Below are positions 31,728-39,246 of a stretch of 39,246 bases of DNA, in pieces. Source of the DNA: an uncultured virus (IMG/VR IMGVR_UViG_2061766007_001614) (taxonomy: Duplodnaviria; Heunggongvirae; Uroviricota; Caudoviricetes); the IMG/VR virus record IMGVR_UViG_2061766007_001614. One strand, 5' to 3'. Every line of letters begins with the position of its first letter. Within the stretch, counting starts at the first letter, position 1. A program made the translations under genes and the position numbers. The notes beneath the pieces were generated by a model. The model was not told the DNA's origin. It saw nothing but the letters and a program-made list of their open reading frames with translations, and did not search any database.

Positions 31728-32017
31728 TCTTGCTCACCTCTTAACTTTTTAATTTTATCTTGTATCAAATTATCATAGTCATAAACTCCTGCCGCATAAA
31801 TGTCATTATCGTAGTCTGGACTCAATTCATCAGCTTCAAGGCTTATCTCTTCCAACATAGCTACCATATCAGCCTTTAAGCGGTTTTCGTAGTCGGCTTG
31901 TAGTTGCTGATACTTGCGCATGGTATCAACTGCTAAGTCATAAGCCACTTTATACTTGCCGCATGGTATCGTGTAAGTTTCTAATTGTTTTATAGCTTCA
32001 TCAATCGACATTCCCAT
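31724..32017 (-). CDS. Hypothetical protein (paralog array)
   Basis: MGMSIDEAI..MRKYQ..KADMVAML modules. Confidence 0.7.
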   Translation of the reverse strand: MGMSIDEAIKQLETYTIPCGKYKVAYDLAVDTMRKYQQLQADYENRLKADMVAMLEEISLEADELSPDYDNDIYAAGVYDYDNLIQDKIKKLRGEQE

Positions 32018-32300
32018 CAGCTATAACCTCCAATATCTCCTTTAACTCTTTTAAACCGCATTGTTTAAATTCTTCGTCATTCAAGGAAACTATACTTACT
32101 ATCTTCTGATACTTGCGCATAATATCAACTGCATATATTAACGCTTCTTTTTGCTCCCCAATAGTGCCCTGTTCGTAGCATAAATAGCAATCATCACAAT
32201 TATGAAAATTGCAATCGGTATATGTTCCACTTGTTTCACGTTTCATACATTCTATTATTGCTATAAGCATCTTGGCACATTCATCAATCAATCTTCCCAT
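32001..32300 (-). CDS. Hypothetical protein (paralog array)
   Basis: MRKYQKI module. Confidence 0.7.
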   Translation of the reverse strand: MGRLIDECAKMLIAIIECMKRETSGTYTDCNFHNCDDCYLCYEQGTIGEQKEALIYAVDIMRKYQKIVSIVSLNDEEFKQCGLKELKEILEVIADGNVD

Positions 32301-32526
32301 CTTCTATCACCTCTCTAATATCAATAAAAGCACTTCCGTAACTGCATAATTGCTGTGTATTTTTTACTATCTCTTTTATCTTCTGATACTTGCGCATGAT
32401 GGCTATTGCAACTTGTAATGTTTCTGCATCATCTTCCGTTACATAGCAAACAGAATTATCATCCTCTGTGGCTTCTGTTAATATTCCGCTTAGATTGTTC
32501 ATAGCTAAATCAATTGACATTCCCAT
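32284..32526 (-). CDS. Hypothetical protein (paralog array)
   Basis: MGMSID and MRKYQKI modules. Confidence 0.7.
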   Translation of the reverse strand: MGMSIDLAMNNLSGILTEATEDDNSVCYVTEDDAETLQVAIAIMRKYQKIKEIVKNTQQLCSYGSAFIDIREVIEDGKID

Positions 32527-32776
32527 CTTCCTGCTCCTTACATTCTTTTAATGGGCATTTCTCATGTTTGTAAGTCAGCACTTCATCATCTGTTAAATTG
32601 TAAATATACCTAATGCCATTACAAAACGGACAAGTTATCCCCATATATGGTTGTCTATCCATTACACATTCTTGTTTCACCGAATAGTTGTGAAACGCAT
32701 TAAAACCATGCATTTTTGCTAATGGGCAAAAAACGCATCCTTTTGGAGTATCTATTGTTAAAATTGATTTGCTCAT
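32510..32776 (-). CDS. Cys-rich hypothetical protein
   Basis: IDTPKGCVFCPL..KCPLKE. Confidence 0.7.
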   Translation of the reverse strand: MSKSILTIDTPKGCVFCPLAKMHGFNAFHNYSVKQECVMDRQPYMGITCPFCNGIRYIYNLTDDEVLTYKHEKCPLKECKEQEDGNVN

Positions 32777-32797
32777 GTTTTCTCACTTTCCTGTGGT

Positions 32798-33199
32798 TCA
32801 ACCACATATCGCATCTGCGACACTAAATATTTCTTTTAAGGACTCTTCTGTTTTAGTATCTGCATACTCATCTAAATGCATCTTATCAATCTCACCATTC
32901 AGAAACTTTAATATCTGTTCTTTGTTATTTTCCGTAGCATCCAACCTTATACAACTATCCACAATCCCGTTAGCGTGTTCGATATAAATAATCTGCAAAC
33001 TATCCTCGTTGAATTGTGAAGGTTTAGCCAAAACGAAAGTTCCGTGTATGCTCCCTCTTTCACCCTCTGCTAACAAGTCACACTCGACATCGGGTTTAAA
33101 ACAGTTGAAGAAAAATCCCGTCATATCATAAATTTCATACGGACAATAGCATTTGTTTTCTAAATATTCTTCCATATCTGCTATATCTTTTAGTTTCAT
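32798..33199 (-). CDS. Hypothetical protein
   Basis: 133-aa ORF. Confidence 0.65.
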   Translation of the reverse strand: MKLKDIADMEEYLENKCYCPYEIYDMTGFFFNCFKPDVECDLLAEGERGSIHGTFVLAKPSQFNEDSLQIIYIEHANGIVDSCIRLDATENNKEQILKFLNGEIDKMHLDEYADTKTEESLKEIFSVADAICG

Positions 33200-33297
33200 A
33201 TATCCTCACTTTCCTGTGGTTCAATCATACGGCAACCGCAGTNNNNNNNNNNATACATAAAACTGTGGGATAACATTGGCGAAGAAAGGAACAATAT

Positions 33298-34140
33298 ATG
33301 ATAACCAAAGAAGATGCTAATTATATTATTGGTTCTTCCCCTACGATGACAATTGATAACCTGTATGAATACTTTAATAAAAAATACTCGAAAGAGCAGA
33401 TAAGAAATTATTTTAAAAATAATCATATTCCTTATAAAAAATTATCGCTTGCTCAAAGAAAACATAATATTAGTATCGCAGTTGCAGGGGTTAGTAGAAA
33501 TCGTTTACCAAACACGGAAGTAAATGTTGATTACTTTAAAACATGGACGAAGAACATGGCTTATATATTCGGCTTGTGGTGTGCTGATGGATATATAGGA
33601 AGACAAAATAAAGGGTATTATTGGGGAATCAAATTAAATGACATAGATAAATACCTTTTGGAAAAAATTGATATAGTAATGGGCGGAAAGCATAAACTAT
33701 ATAAAAATCAGAATACATATAGTTTGGTCTTTAGTTGTAAAACGATTTATCAAGACATAGTTGCGTTAGGTGGAGTAGAAAGAAAGTCTTTAACTTTAGA
33801 ATTTCCTTATGTTCCTACTGAATATCTAAGCCATTTTATAAGAGGTTACTTTGATGGTGATGGTTGGGCTGGCAAACACAAATGTAGTGTATTGGGAACT
33901 TATTCTTTTTGCAACCAGATGATAAGAATTTTAAATTCACAAGGGATATGTGTGTCAGGGATAAAACAAAAACATCCAGAGAACGGCTTAACTAATAATT
34001 GCTACGAAATTGGCATATACCATAAAGAGGAATGGAGAAAATTTATGGAATATATATATTCGGATATGGATGTTGATACGCTATACATGAATAGAAAATA
34101 TAGCCAATATTGTCAACCTTGCCAAAGGAACACTATATAG
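33298..34140 (+). CDS. LAGLIDADG homing endonuclease
   Basis: AYIFGLWCADG and SHFIRGYFDGDG motifs; lies in gap-flanked segment 33253-34312. Confidence 0.88.
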   Translation: MITKEDANYIIGSSPTMTIDNLYEYFNKKYSKEQIRNYFKNNHIPYKKLSLAQRKHNISIAVAGVSRNRLPNTEVNVDYFKTWTKNMAYIFGLWCADGYIGRQNKGYYWGIKLNDIDKYLLEKIDIVMGGKHKLYKNQNTYSLVFSCKTIYQDIVALGGVERKSLTLEFPYVPTEYLSHFIRGYFDGDGWAGKHKCSVLGTYSFCNQMIRILNSQGICVSGIKQKHPENGLTNNCYEIGIYHKEEWRKFMEYIYSDMDVDTLYMNRKYSQYCQPCQRNTI

Positions 34141-34157
34141 ATGCAAGGTGCATAAGC

Positions 34158-34312
34158 GATTATCCCGAAGCAGTTCATCCTTGGTGTAAGACGGTTGTTT
34201 ATTACCAAAAGAAAGTGCGTTGCCACAACAGGCAAATACATAAAATGTCTATCTTAAAAGGTGGGGTACGCAAACTCAACCAAGCACCTATATATGTAAA
34301 AGGCTATAGGTT
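34158..34312 (+). ncRNA. Structured RNA fragment flanking the LAGLIDADG gene (possibly ROOL-like)
   Basis: Pairs with 33261-33273; hairpins TTGGTG..TTACCAA and TTGCC-ACAACA-GGCAA; AGGTG..CACCT. Confidence 0.45.
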
Positions 34313-34322
34313 NNNNNNNNNN

Positions 34323-34531
34323 TCTATATTAGCCGTGTAAGTCGATATAATATAACCGCATTTATCACACTCATAATCTTCGTGTGGTTCTTCGTCTATG
34401 CCTATCCAATGCCCTGTCTTTGGCTCTTGCTTAATTGTGGGTTGTTCATCAATCAACTGCCTTGCGGTAACTTCGTTATCATAAAATCGTGTCAAATCTT
34501 TTTTCAACGCATCAGCATCTATTGTTCTCAT
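34323..34531 (-). CDS. Zn-ribbon phage protein, 5' part (3' end at 33196-33242)
   Basis: MRTIDADAL..GHWI..YECDKCG; matching CGCRMIEPQESEDI on the far side of the insert. Confidence 0.7.
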
Positions 34532-34635
34532 TCATTCGCTCCTTCCTGTGGCTTAAAATGATTTAATAATTCATTCATAGTTTGTAATGCTTGCTTCATT
34601 ACTTCTTGATACTCATCATATTCATAATCTGTCAT
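34528..34635 (-). CDS. Small hypothetical protein
   Basis: 35 aa ending KPQEGANE, coupled to neighbours. Confidence 0.5.
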   Translation of the reverse strand: MTDYEYDEYQEVMKQALQTMNELLNHFKPQEGANE

Positions 34636-34818
34636 TCATTCGCTCCTTTCCCAAATTATTTCATACACGCCAATCCATTCTCCTATGGTTAAAAGAATAA
34701 GTATCCACTTAATAAAATCAAACCATCTAAAACAAAAACTACACGCTGTCAGTATTGGTATCGCTATAATGATAGTGGTTAAAGATGTTGTGCCTAATTC
34801 CCGAACAAATTTATTCAT
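34636..34818 (-). CDS. Small membrane protein
   Basis: Two hydrophobic segments. Confidence 0.6.
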   Translation of the reverse strand: MNKFVRELGTTSLTTIIIAIPILTACSFCFRWFDFIKWILILLTIGEWIGVYEIIWERSE

Positions 34819-34976
34819 TCCTTATTCTCACTTTCCTGCGCCACGATATAATACCTTTCCGAAGTAGTTTCATAATCAAGCACCAATACAAATCCTGCAT
34901 CTTCAAGTGCTTTTATCATCTTGCCATAATAGTCTGCTGATTTATCTACCTTTAATTCCCCTAATTTTTTATTCAT
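34815..34976 (-). CDS. Hypothetical protein
   Basis: 53 aa ending AQESENKE. Confidence 0.6.
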   Translation of the reverse strand: MNKKLGELKVDKSADYYGKMIKALEDAGFVLVLDYETTSERYYIVAQESENKE

Positions 34977-35438
34977 CTTTTCCCTCGCTTTCCTGTGGCT
35001 CAATTTCTGCCTTATATGGCTGTGGTATTATACGCTCTACCCATGCAATTACTTCTGCATCACCCCAATTAAGCATTGGTATGTTTCCCCAATCAGAATA
35101 ACCATGTTTATTGACCTCTTTTGGAATTGGCAAATATACTGTTTCAACAACCCAATTTTCTCTATCATCTACTAAACTTCTACAAGTAGCATTTACAAAT
35201 GTGAAAGGTTCTGGAAGTTTTTCACTAACAGGAATCCATCTAGGCTCTTGTGGTGTTACCGAGGGTAAGGCATGAATACCTTTAACCACTTGACCCATGC
35301 TCAAATCATAATCTGCTATCAATTCAAGCACTGCTTGTCTGCTTATATAACCAAGTCCTAAATCATTCTTAGTTGTTGGCTCATATTTACATCCGTACAT
35401 ATCACACTCCAAAACACCTTTGTTGTGTATACAGGTTT
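34969..35438 (-). CDS. Phage protein with DUF551-like WIPVSEKLPE module, 3' part
   Basis: ISRQAV..LPSVTPQEPRWIPVSEKLPE..VIAW; 5' part found at 37555-37798 (+). Confidence 0.7.
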
Positions 35439-35969
35439 NNNNNNNNNNNNNNNNNNNNNNNNNNNNNNNNNNNNNNNNNNNNNNNNNNNNNNNNNNNNNN
35501 NNNNNNNNNNNNNNNNNNNNNNNNNNNNNNNNNNNNNNNNNNNNNNNNNNNNNNNNNNNNNNNNNNNNNNNNNNNNNNNNNNNNNNNNNNNNNNNNNNNN
35601 NNNNNNNNNNNNNNNNNNNNNNNNNNNNNNNNNNNNNNNNNNNNNNNNNNNNNNNNNNNNNNNNNNNNNNNNNNNNNNNNNNNNNNNNNNNNNNNNNNNN
35701 NNNNNNNNNNNNNNNNNNNNNNNNNNNNNNNNNNNNNNNNNNNNNNNNNNNNNNNNNNNNNNNNNNNNNNNNNNNNNNNNNNNNNNNNNNNNNNNNNNNN
35801 NNNNNNNNNNNNNNNNNNNNNNNNNNNNNNNNNNNNNNNNNNNNNNNNNNNNNNNNNNNNNNNNNNNNNNNNNNNNNNNNNNNNNNNNNNNNNNNNNNNN
35901 NNNNNNNNNNNNNNNNNNNNNNNNNNNNNNNNNNNNNGCTTTGTGTATCGAGGGAGAATAAAGAAGATA

Positions 35970-36215
35970 ATGAGTGATTTAAAAGTAACAGAGGGTGAGA
36001 TAAAAACAGTGCCATTTATAACGGATATTCCAGAAAGCACTATATCGCTGGAAGTCAATGCAACAATCTTTGTGGATGGAGAACTTAAAGTGGCAACTAT
36101 GAAGATTGATGATGCCGGAACAATCCGAAAACAGATGATAAAGGGTGAGGAATACGAGGACGAAAATGCAGTTTATACGCTGACAGATGCAGCAAAGGAG
36201 CAGTTGGGGATATGA
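35970..36215 (+). CDS. Hypothetical protein
   Basis: 81 aa from ATG 35970. Confidence 0.6.
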   Translation: MSDLKVTEGEIKTVPFITDIPESTISLEVNATIFVDGELKVATMKIDDAGTIRKQMIKGEEYEDENAVYTLTDAAKEQLGI

Positions 36216-36604
36216 GATTATTTCTACTTGGTGCATTGTCCATGTATATAGTCAGTTGCATTGTGGCTGTTATTCTGGACGAAACAAGAATTGTAGATTT
36301 ATGGGATTTCAGCGAGTGGTACTTTCAACTGCCAATACTTCCGTTCGCCTTAGTTTTTGAGGTTATCAAGAAGCTGTTTGGGTCATGGTGGCTGTTGAAA
36401 TATGGGTTAAACCCATTTGGCAAAATGAGTCAATTAGACGGACTTAGCACCGAAAAGCTGAAAGAGATATATGGGAAGTGTGCNNNNNNNNNNGTTAGAC
36501 GGACTTAGCACCGAAAAGCTGAAAGAGATATATGGGAAGTGTGCAGATGGTTCAAATGGTAAAACATACATCGGAAGAATACTAAAGAAAAGGGGAGATT
36601 ATGG
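36212..36604 (+). CDS. Membrane protein (contains an assembly duplication; end approximate)
   Basis: Hydrophobic N-terminus; ~50-bp duplication around a 10-N gap. Confidence 0.55.
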
Positions 36605-36924
36605 ACAAGAAAGAACTTAATCAGCTTGTGTTCTGGATGAAGGAACGCAAAGAACTTACAGAGTTCAAGAACTTCCTAAATCATTGCAGTGAAGCAAGGG
36701 GAGTCAAGACAACTACCGAGACACGTTCGTTTCTGATATGGTCACATGGAAGATCATTCAAAGAAGAATACCCTTTAACGGATATCCAGAAAGCAAAACT
36801 CTGGGCGTTTCTTGATGCTGAAATTAAGCACTTAAATGGACTAATCAATGGGGCAGACCAAGAGGACAGAGAGATAGCCGAAGCCATATACAAGGGTGAT
36901 ATTGGGAAGGACGTGATTATGTGA
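36601..36924 (+). CDS. Hypothetical protein
   Basis: 107 aa, RBS GGGGAG. Confidence 0.65.
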   Translation: MDKKELNQLVFWMKERKELTEFKNFLNHCSEARGVKTTTETRSFLIWSHGRSFKEEYPLTDIQKAKLWAFLDAEIKHLNGLINGADQEDREIAEAIYKGDIGKDVIM

Positions 36925-37106
36925 CAAGGGCTGATGTAGATATGCTAAAAGAAGCGTTGATTCCACATGATGCTGACTATGATATACCTTGTATATCACC
37001 ACACAATCTGGAAATAGTATTAGAACAGCTATTGTTGGAAAGCCAACAGGCAGAGTGGGAGAGACATAGAAATGACTTTGAAAGATATCAAGAAAGCCAT
37101 ACATAA
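36921..37106 (+). CDS. Hypothetical protein
   Basis: Coupled ORF. Confidence 0.55.
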   Translation: MTRADVDMLKEALIPHDADYDIPCISPHNLEIVLEQLLLESQQAEWERHRNDFERYQESHT

Positions 37107-37314
37107 AATGGATTTACTTAAACGTCCGTGGATTGTATTTGCACATCCTAACGATGCTAAAGCTATCAAAGAAGCACTCCCAAGGATAGAGGAAGAAGTA
37201 GTGATAAAAGAAACAGAGAGCGTAGAACAGGGCAAGGCAGTAGTGGTTGAAAGAGAAGAGTTTGAGAAATGGGCTGACAATAATTTTGGATATACTTGGA
37301 GTGAATTAGAATGA
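37072..37314 (+). CDS. Hypothetical protein
   Basis: 80-aa ORF. Confidence 0.6.
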   Translation: MTLKDIKKAIHKMDLLKRPWIVFAHPNDAKAIKEALPRIEEEVVIKETESVEQGKAVVVEREEFEKWADNNFGYTWSELE

Positions 37315-37556
37315 GTTACTTTGACGATTTCATGGCAGACCATATTGCAGATCGTGATGCTGAGTATATGTATATGGAGCAGGAAGCCAAACAGGGCTAT
37401 TGGACAATGAAGAATGGTGAAACAATTCATATTTCCGATATGACCGAGAGCCACATAAGGAATTGCATCAAGTACATAGAGAAGCACGATAGAGAGGACT
37501 TGTATCTCCCTTGGATATATGAGTTCAGAGCAGAGTTNNNNNNNNNNNNNNNNTGA
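37311..37556 (+). CDS. Hypothetical phage protein
   Basis: WTMKNGETIHISDMTESHIRNCI motif. Confidence 0.65.
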   Translation: MSYFDDFMADHIADRDAEYMYMEQEAKQGYWTMKNGETIHISDMTESHIRNCIKYIEKHDREDLYLPWIYEFRAEXXXXXX

Positions 37557-37798
37557 TAGAGCGGAGAGAGAAAAACAGTTAGATTGGCTTTACAGACTTA
37601 AAAGCGATTTAAAAATATTCATTCCAAAAGATTTTCATTTAGCAGAATTTGAGCAATCACTTGATTACGCTATATCTTCAATCAAGACAGACCTAAAATA
37701 TGATTTGCTATACGAGGAAACAACTCATACTGCCGATGCCGACAAAAAGATAGAGCCAACACCAAATGATTGTGAAACCTGTATACACAACAAAGGTG
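37555..37798 (+). CDS. 5' part of the gene continued at 35438-34969
   Basis: Ends NDCETCIHNKG, overlapping TCIHNKGVLEC at 35438 (minus). Confidence 0.65.
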
Positions 37799-37808
37799 NN
37801 NNNNNNNN

Positions 37809-37958
37809 ATGATCTTTCTTGCAATATTCTTTGGCTAAACATCTACCGCAAGTATCTATAGATGTTTCATCTTCGTCTGATGTGTTGTCTGTAATCTGGC
37901 ACAATAGTTCTGCTACATCTTCCAAGGATGCTGATTTAATAAACTCGTATCTTGTCAT
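37809..37958 (-). CDS. Hypothetical protein (truncated by gap)
   Basis: MTRYEFIKSASLEDVAELLC.. Confidence 0.55.
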
Positions 37959-38188
37959 CCTAATCCTCTCTCTTCCATAAATGTTACATAGTCTATCTCG
38001 TCTTGTTTGCCACGATCATACTCAGCAAGCATTTCAAGTCCTTTTAGGCGGTACATTTCCACCATATCATTGATGGCTTCTTCAACTTCTTTTGGCGGTT
38101 TAAATAAGCCATAACAACATTGAAGATATCTTTTTGTATGTAGAAGATTGTTTGCTGTTCTGATTATGTCTTGTTCAGTTACCATCAA
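37955..38188 (-). CDS. Hypothetical protein
   Basis: 77-aa coupled ORF. Confidence 0.6.
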   Translation of the reverse strand: MMVTEQDIIRTANNLLHTKRYLQCCYGLFKPPKEVEEAINDMVEMYRLKGLEMLAEYDRGKQDEIDYVTFMEERGLG

Positions 38189-38193
38189 TTACC

Positions 38194-38553
38194 TCACTCT
38201 GGCGTTTCAATATACACAACGATTGCCTTTATCCATGGCAGACTATTGAACAACACTTCCCATTCTTCGTCTGTTAAATCATCCCAAATATCTTTACCGT
38301 CCTTGGTTTCTCCATATAGACAGCCGACCATATCTATTAACACATCTTCCATATCATCATCTTTGAAGTGTATGTATTCTCGCCCCTCATAATACTCAGT
38401 AACTTCGCATCTGCCCCAACTGCCAATCCAATAGGATGAACAATCATCAGCTACCACCTCTGTTCCAACCATCGGTATGATAGGTAAATCTGGGTTTTCT
38501 GCCATCAATTTGAGTAGTTCTTCTGTGTTATTCTTTTCCATCTGTATCTCCAT
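38194..38553 (-). CDS. Hypothetical phage protein
   Basis: ENPDLPIIPMV..W.G.WG..KAIVVYIETP. Confidence 0.7.
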   Translation of the reverse strand: MEIQMEKNNTEELLKLMAENPDLPIIPMVGTEVVADDCSSYWIGSWGRCEVTEYYEGREYIHFKDDDMEDVLIDMVGCLYGETKDGKDIWDDLTDEEWEVLFNSLPWIKAIVVYIETPE

Positions 38554-38794
38554 GTTTTCTTAATCTGTTATATTCATCAATCCATTTCTGAGCAGTATAC
38601 CTATCGTATTTGTTGATCTCTCTTTGAATTGGTAGCCATGTTCCACCAAGCAATTCTGTGTAATGCTTTTTCAAAGTAATTGCATATTCATTAGATAATC
38701 TTCTTAAATAAGGCTGATGAATAAAGGCTTCTGTATTATCATAAGGACTTCTGCAACTTGTAAGTCCTCTATCAAATAATTCTGTTCTTGCCAT
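38528..38794 (-). CDS. Hypothetical protein
   Basis: 88-aa ORF. Confidence 0.55.
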   Translation of the reverse strand: MARTELFDRGLTSCRSPYDNTEAFIHQPYLRRLSNEYAITLKKHYTELLGGTWLPIQREINKYDRYTAQKWIDEYNRLRKHGDTDGKE

Positions 38795-38905
38795 ATATTN
38801 NNNNNNNNNNNNNNNNNNNNNNNNNNNNNNNNTCTACACATTTCCAATCTGCTTCACAAATATACGGTTCTAATGGTTCATCAAATATACAAGCCATCTT
38901 CCACC

Positions 38906-39133
38906 TCACAGTTCATCCAACAGTTTTGTTGCTCTCTCTAATTGCGTTTCTACAAACTCTCCAAAAGCCTTGTAAATTTCATCAGAATAAAAATCGTCTA
39001 ATTTATATTCCAATGACCCGTTAGGCACTCTGAATCCTACCCAATGTTGCTTAGTCTGATGGTCTTTTAGTTCTGCTAATATCTCAATATCATGTTTTAG
39101 ATGATTTGCTTTTTCTAATATTTCCTGTGTCAT
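38906..39133 (-). CDS. Hypothetical protein
   Basis: MTQEILEKANHLK.. with RBS GAGGTGG. Confidence 0.6.
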   Translation of the reverse strand: MTQEILEKANHLKHDIEILAELKDHQTKQHWVGFRVPNGSLEYKLDDFYSDEIYKAFGEFVETQLERATKLLDEL

Positions 39134-39246
39134 TCTTCCACCTCTATCAAAGGACAATCCTCTTCTCTGCCATCGTATAGCCAAACTGTGTTAGTTGTGA
39201 TTGCGCAGTAATAACCAGGGCCTTCATCATCCCTATCATAGATGCA

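Noticed and set aside
36434..36543. ~50-bp direct repeat
   Set aside because: The copies flank a 10-N gap; unmerged contig overlap.
35416..37808. Plus-strand block 35938-37798 inside a minus-strand operon, with an inverted repeat (AAACCTGTATACACAACAAAGGTG) at 35415-35438 and 37775-37798, resembling an invertible segment
   Set aside because: Both ends abut scaffold gaps and the repeat is the overlap of one continuous gene (..CETCIHNKGVLEC..), so it is best explained as a mis-oriented contig.

Overview
Part of a large temperate tailed phage (siphovirus-like; host probably a gut/rumen Bacillota such as Lachnospiraceae, inferred from gene types), assembled with many N gaps that break reading frames. 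The left half (+ strand) is the tail-lysis module: a tape measure gene interrupted by a group I intron, distal tail, long tail protein, BppU and several tail-fibre genes. These are followed by a tyrosine recombinase surrounded by silent alternative fibre C-termini joined at a recurring TAGCAATTTA-type site (a multi-gene shufflon), then holin, GIY-YIG endonuclease and a CHAP/GH25/SH3 endolysin. Next come an apparently intact attP, an integrase and a secreted moron protein. The right half (- strand) is an accessory region with an excisionase-like gene, a hairpin array, two aberrant tRNA-like genes interleaved with pseudoknots, a cysteine desulfurase, a precisely delimitable TnpB-only IS200/IS605 element, an array of small paralogous genes with shared junctions, and a LAGLIDADG gene looped out of a structured, possibly ROOL-like, RNA. 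Segments 19307-19859, 33253-34312 and 35938-37798 look mis-scaffolded.
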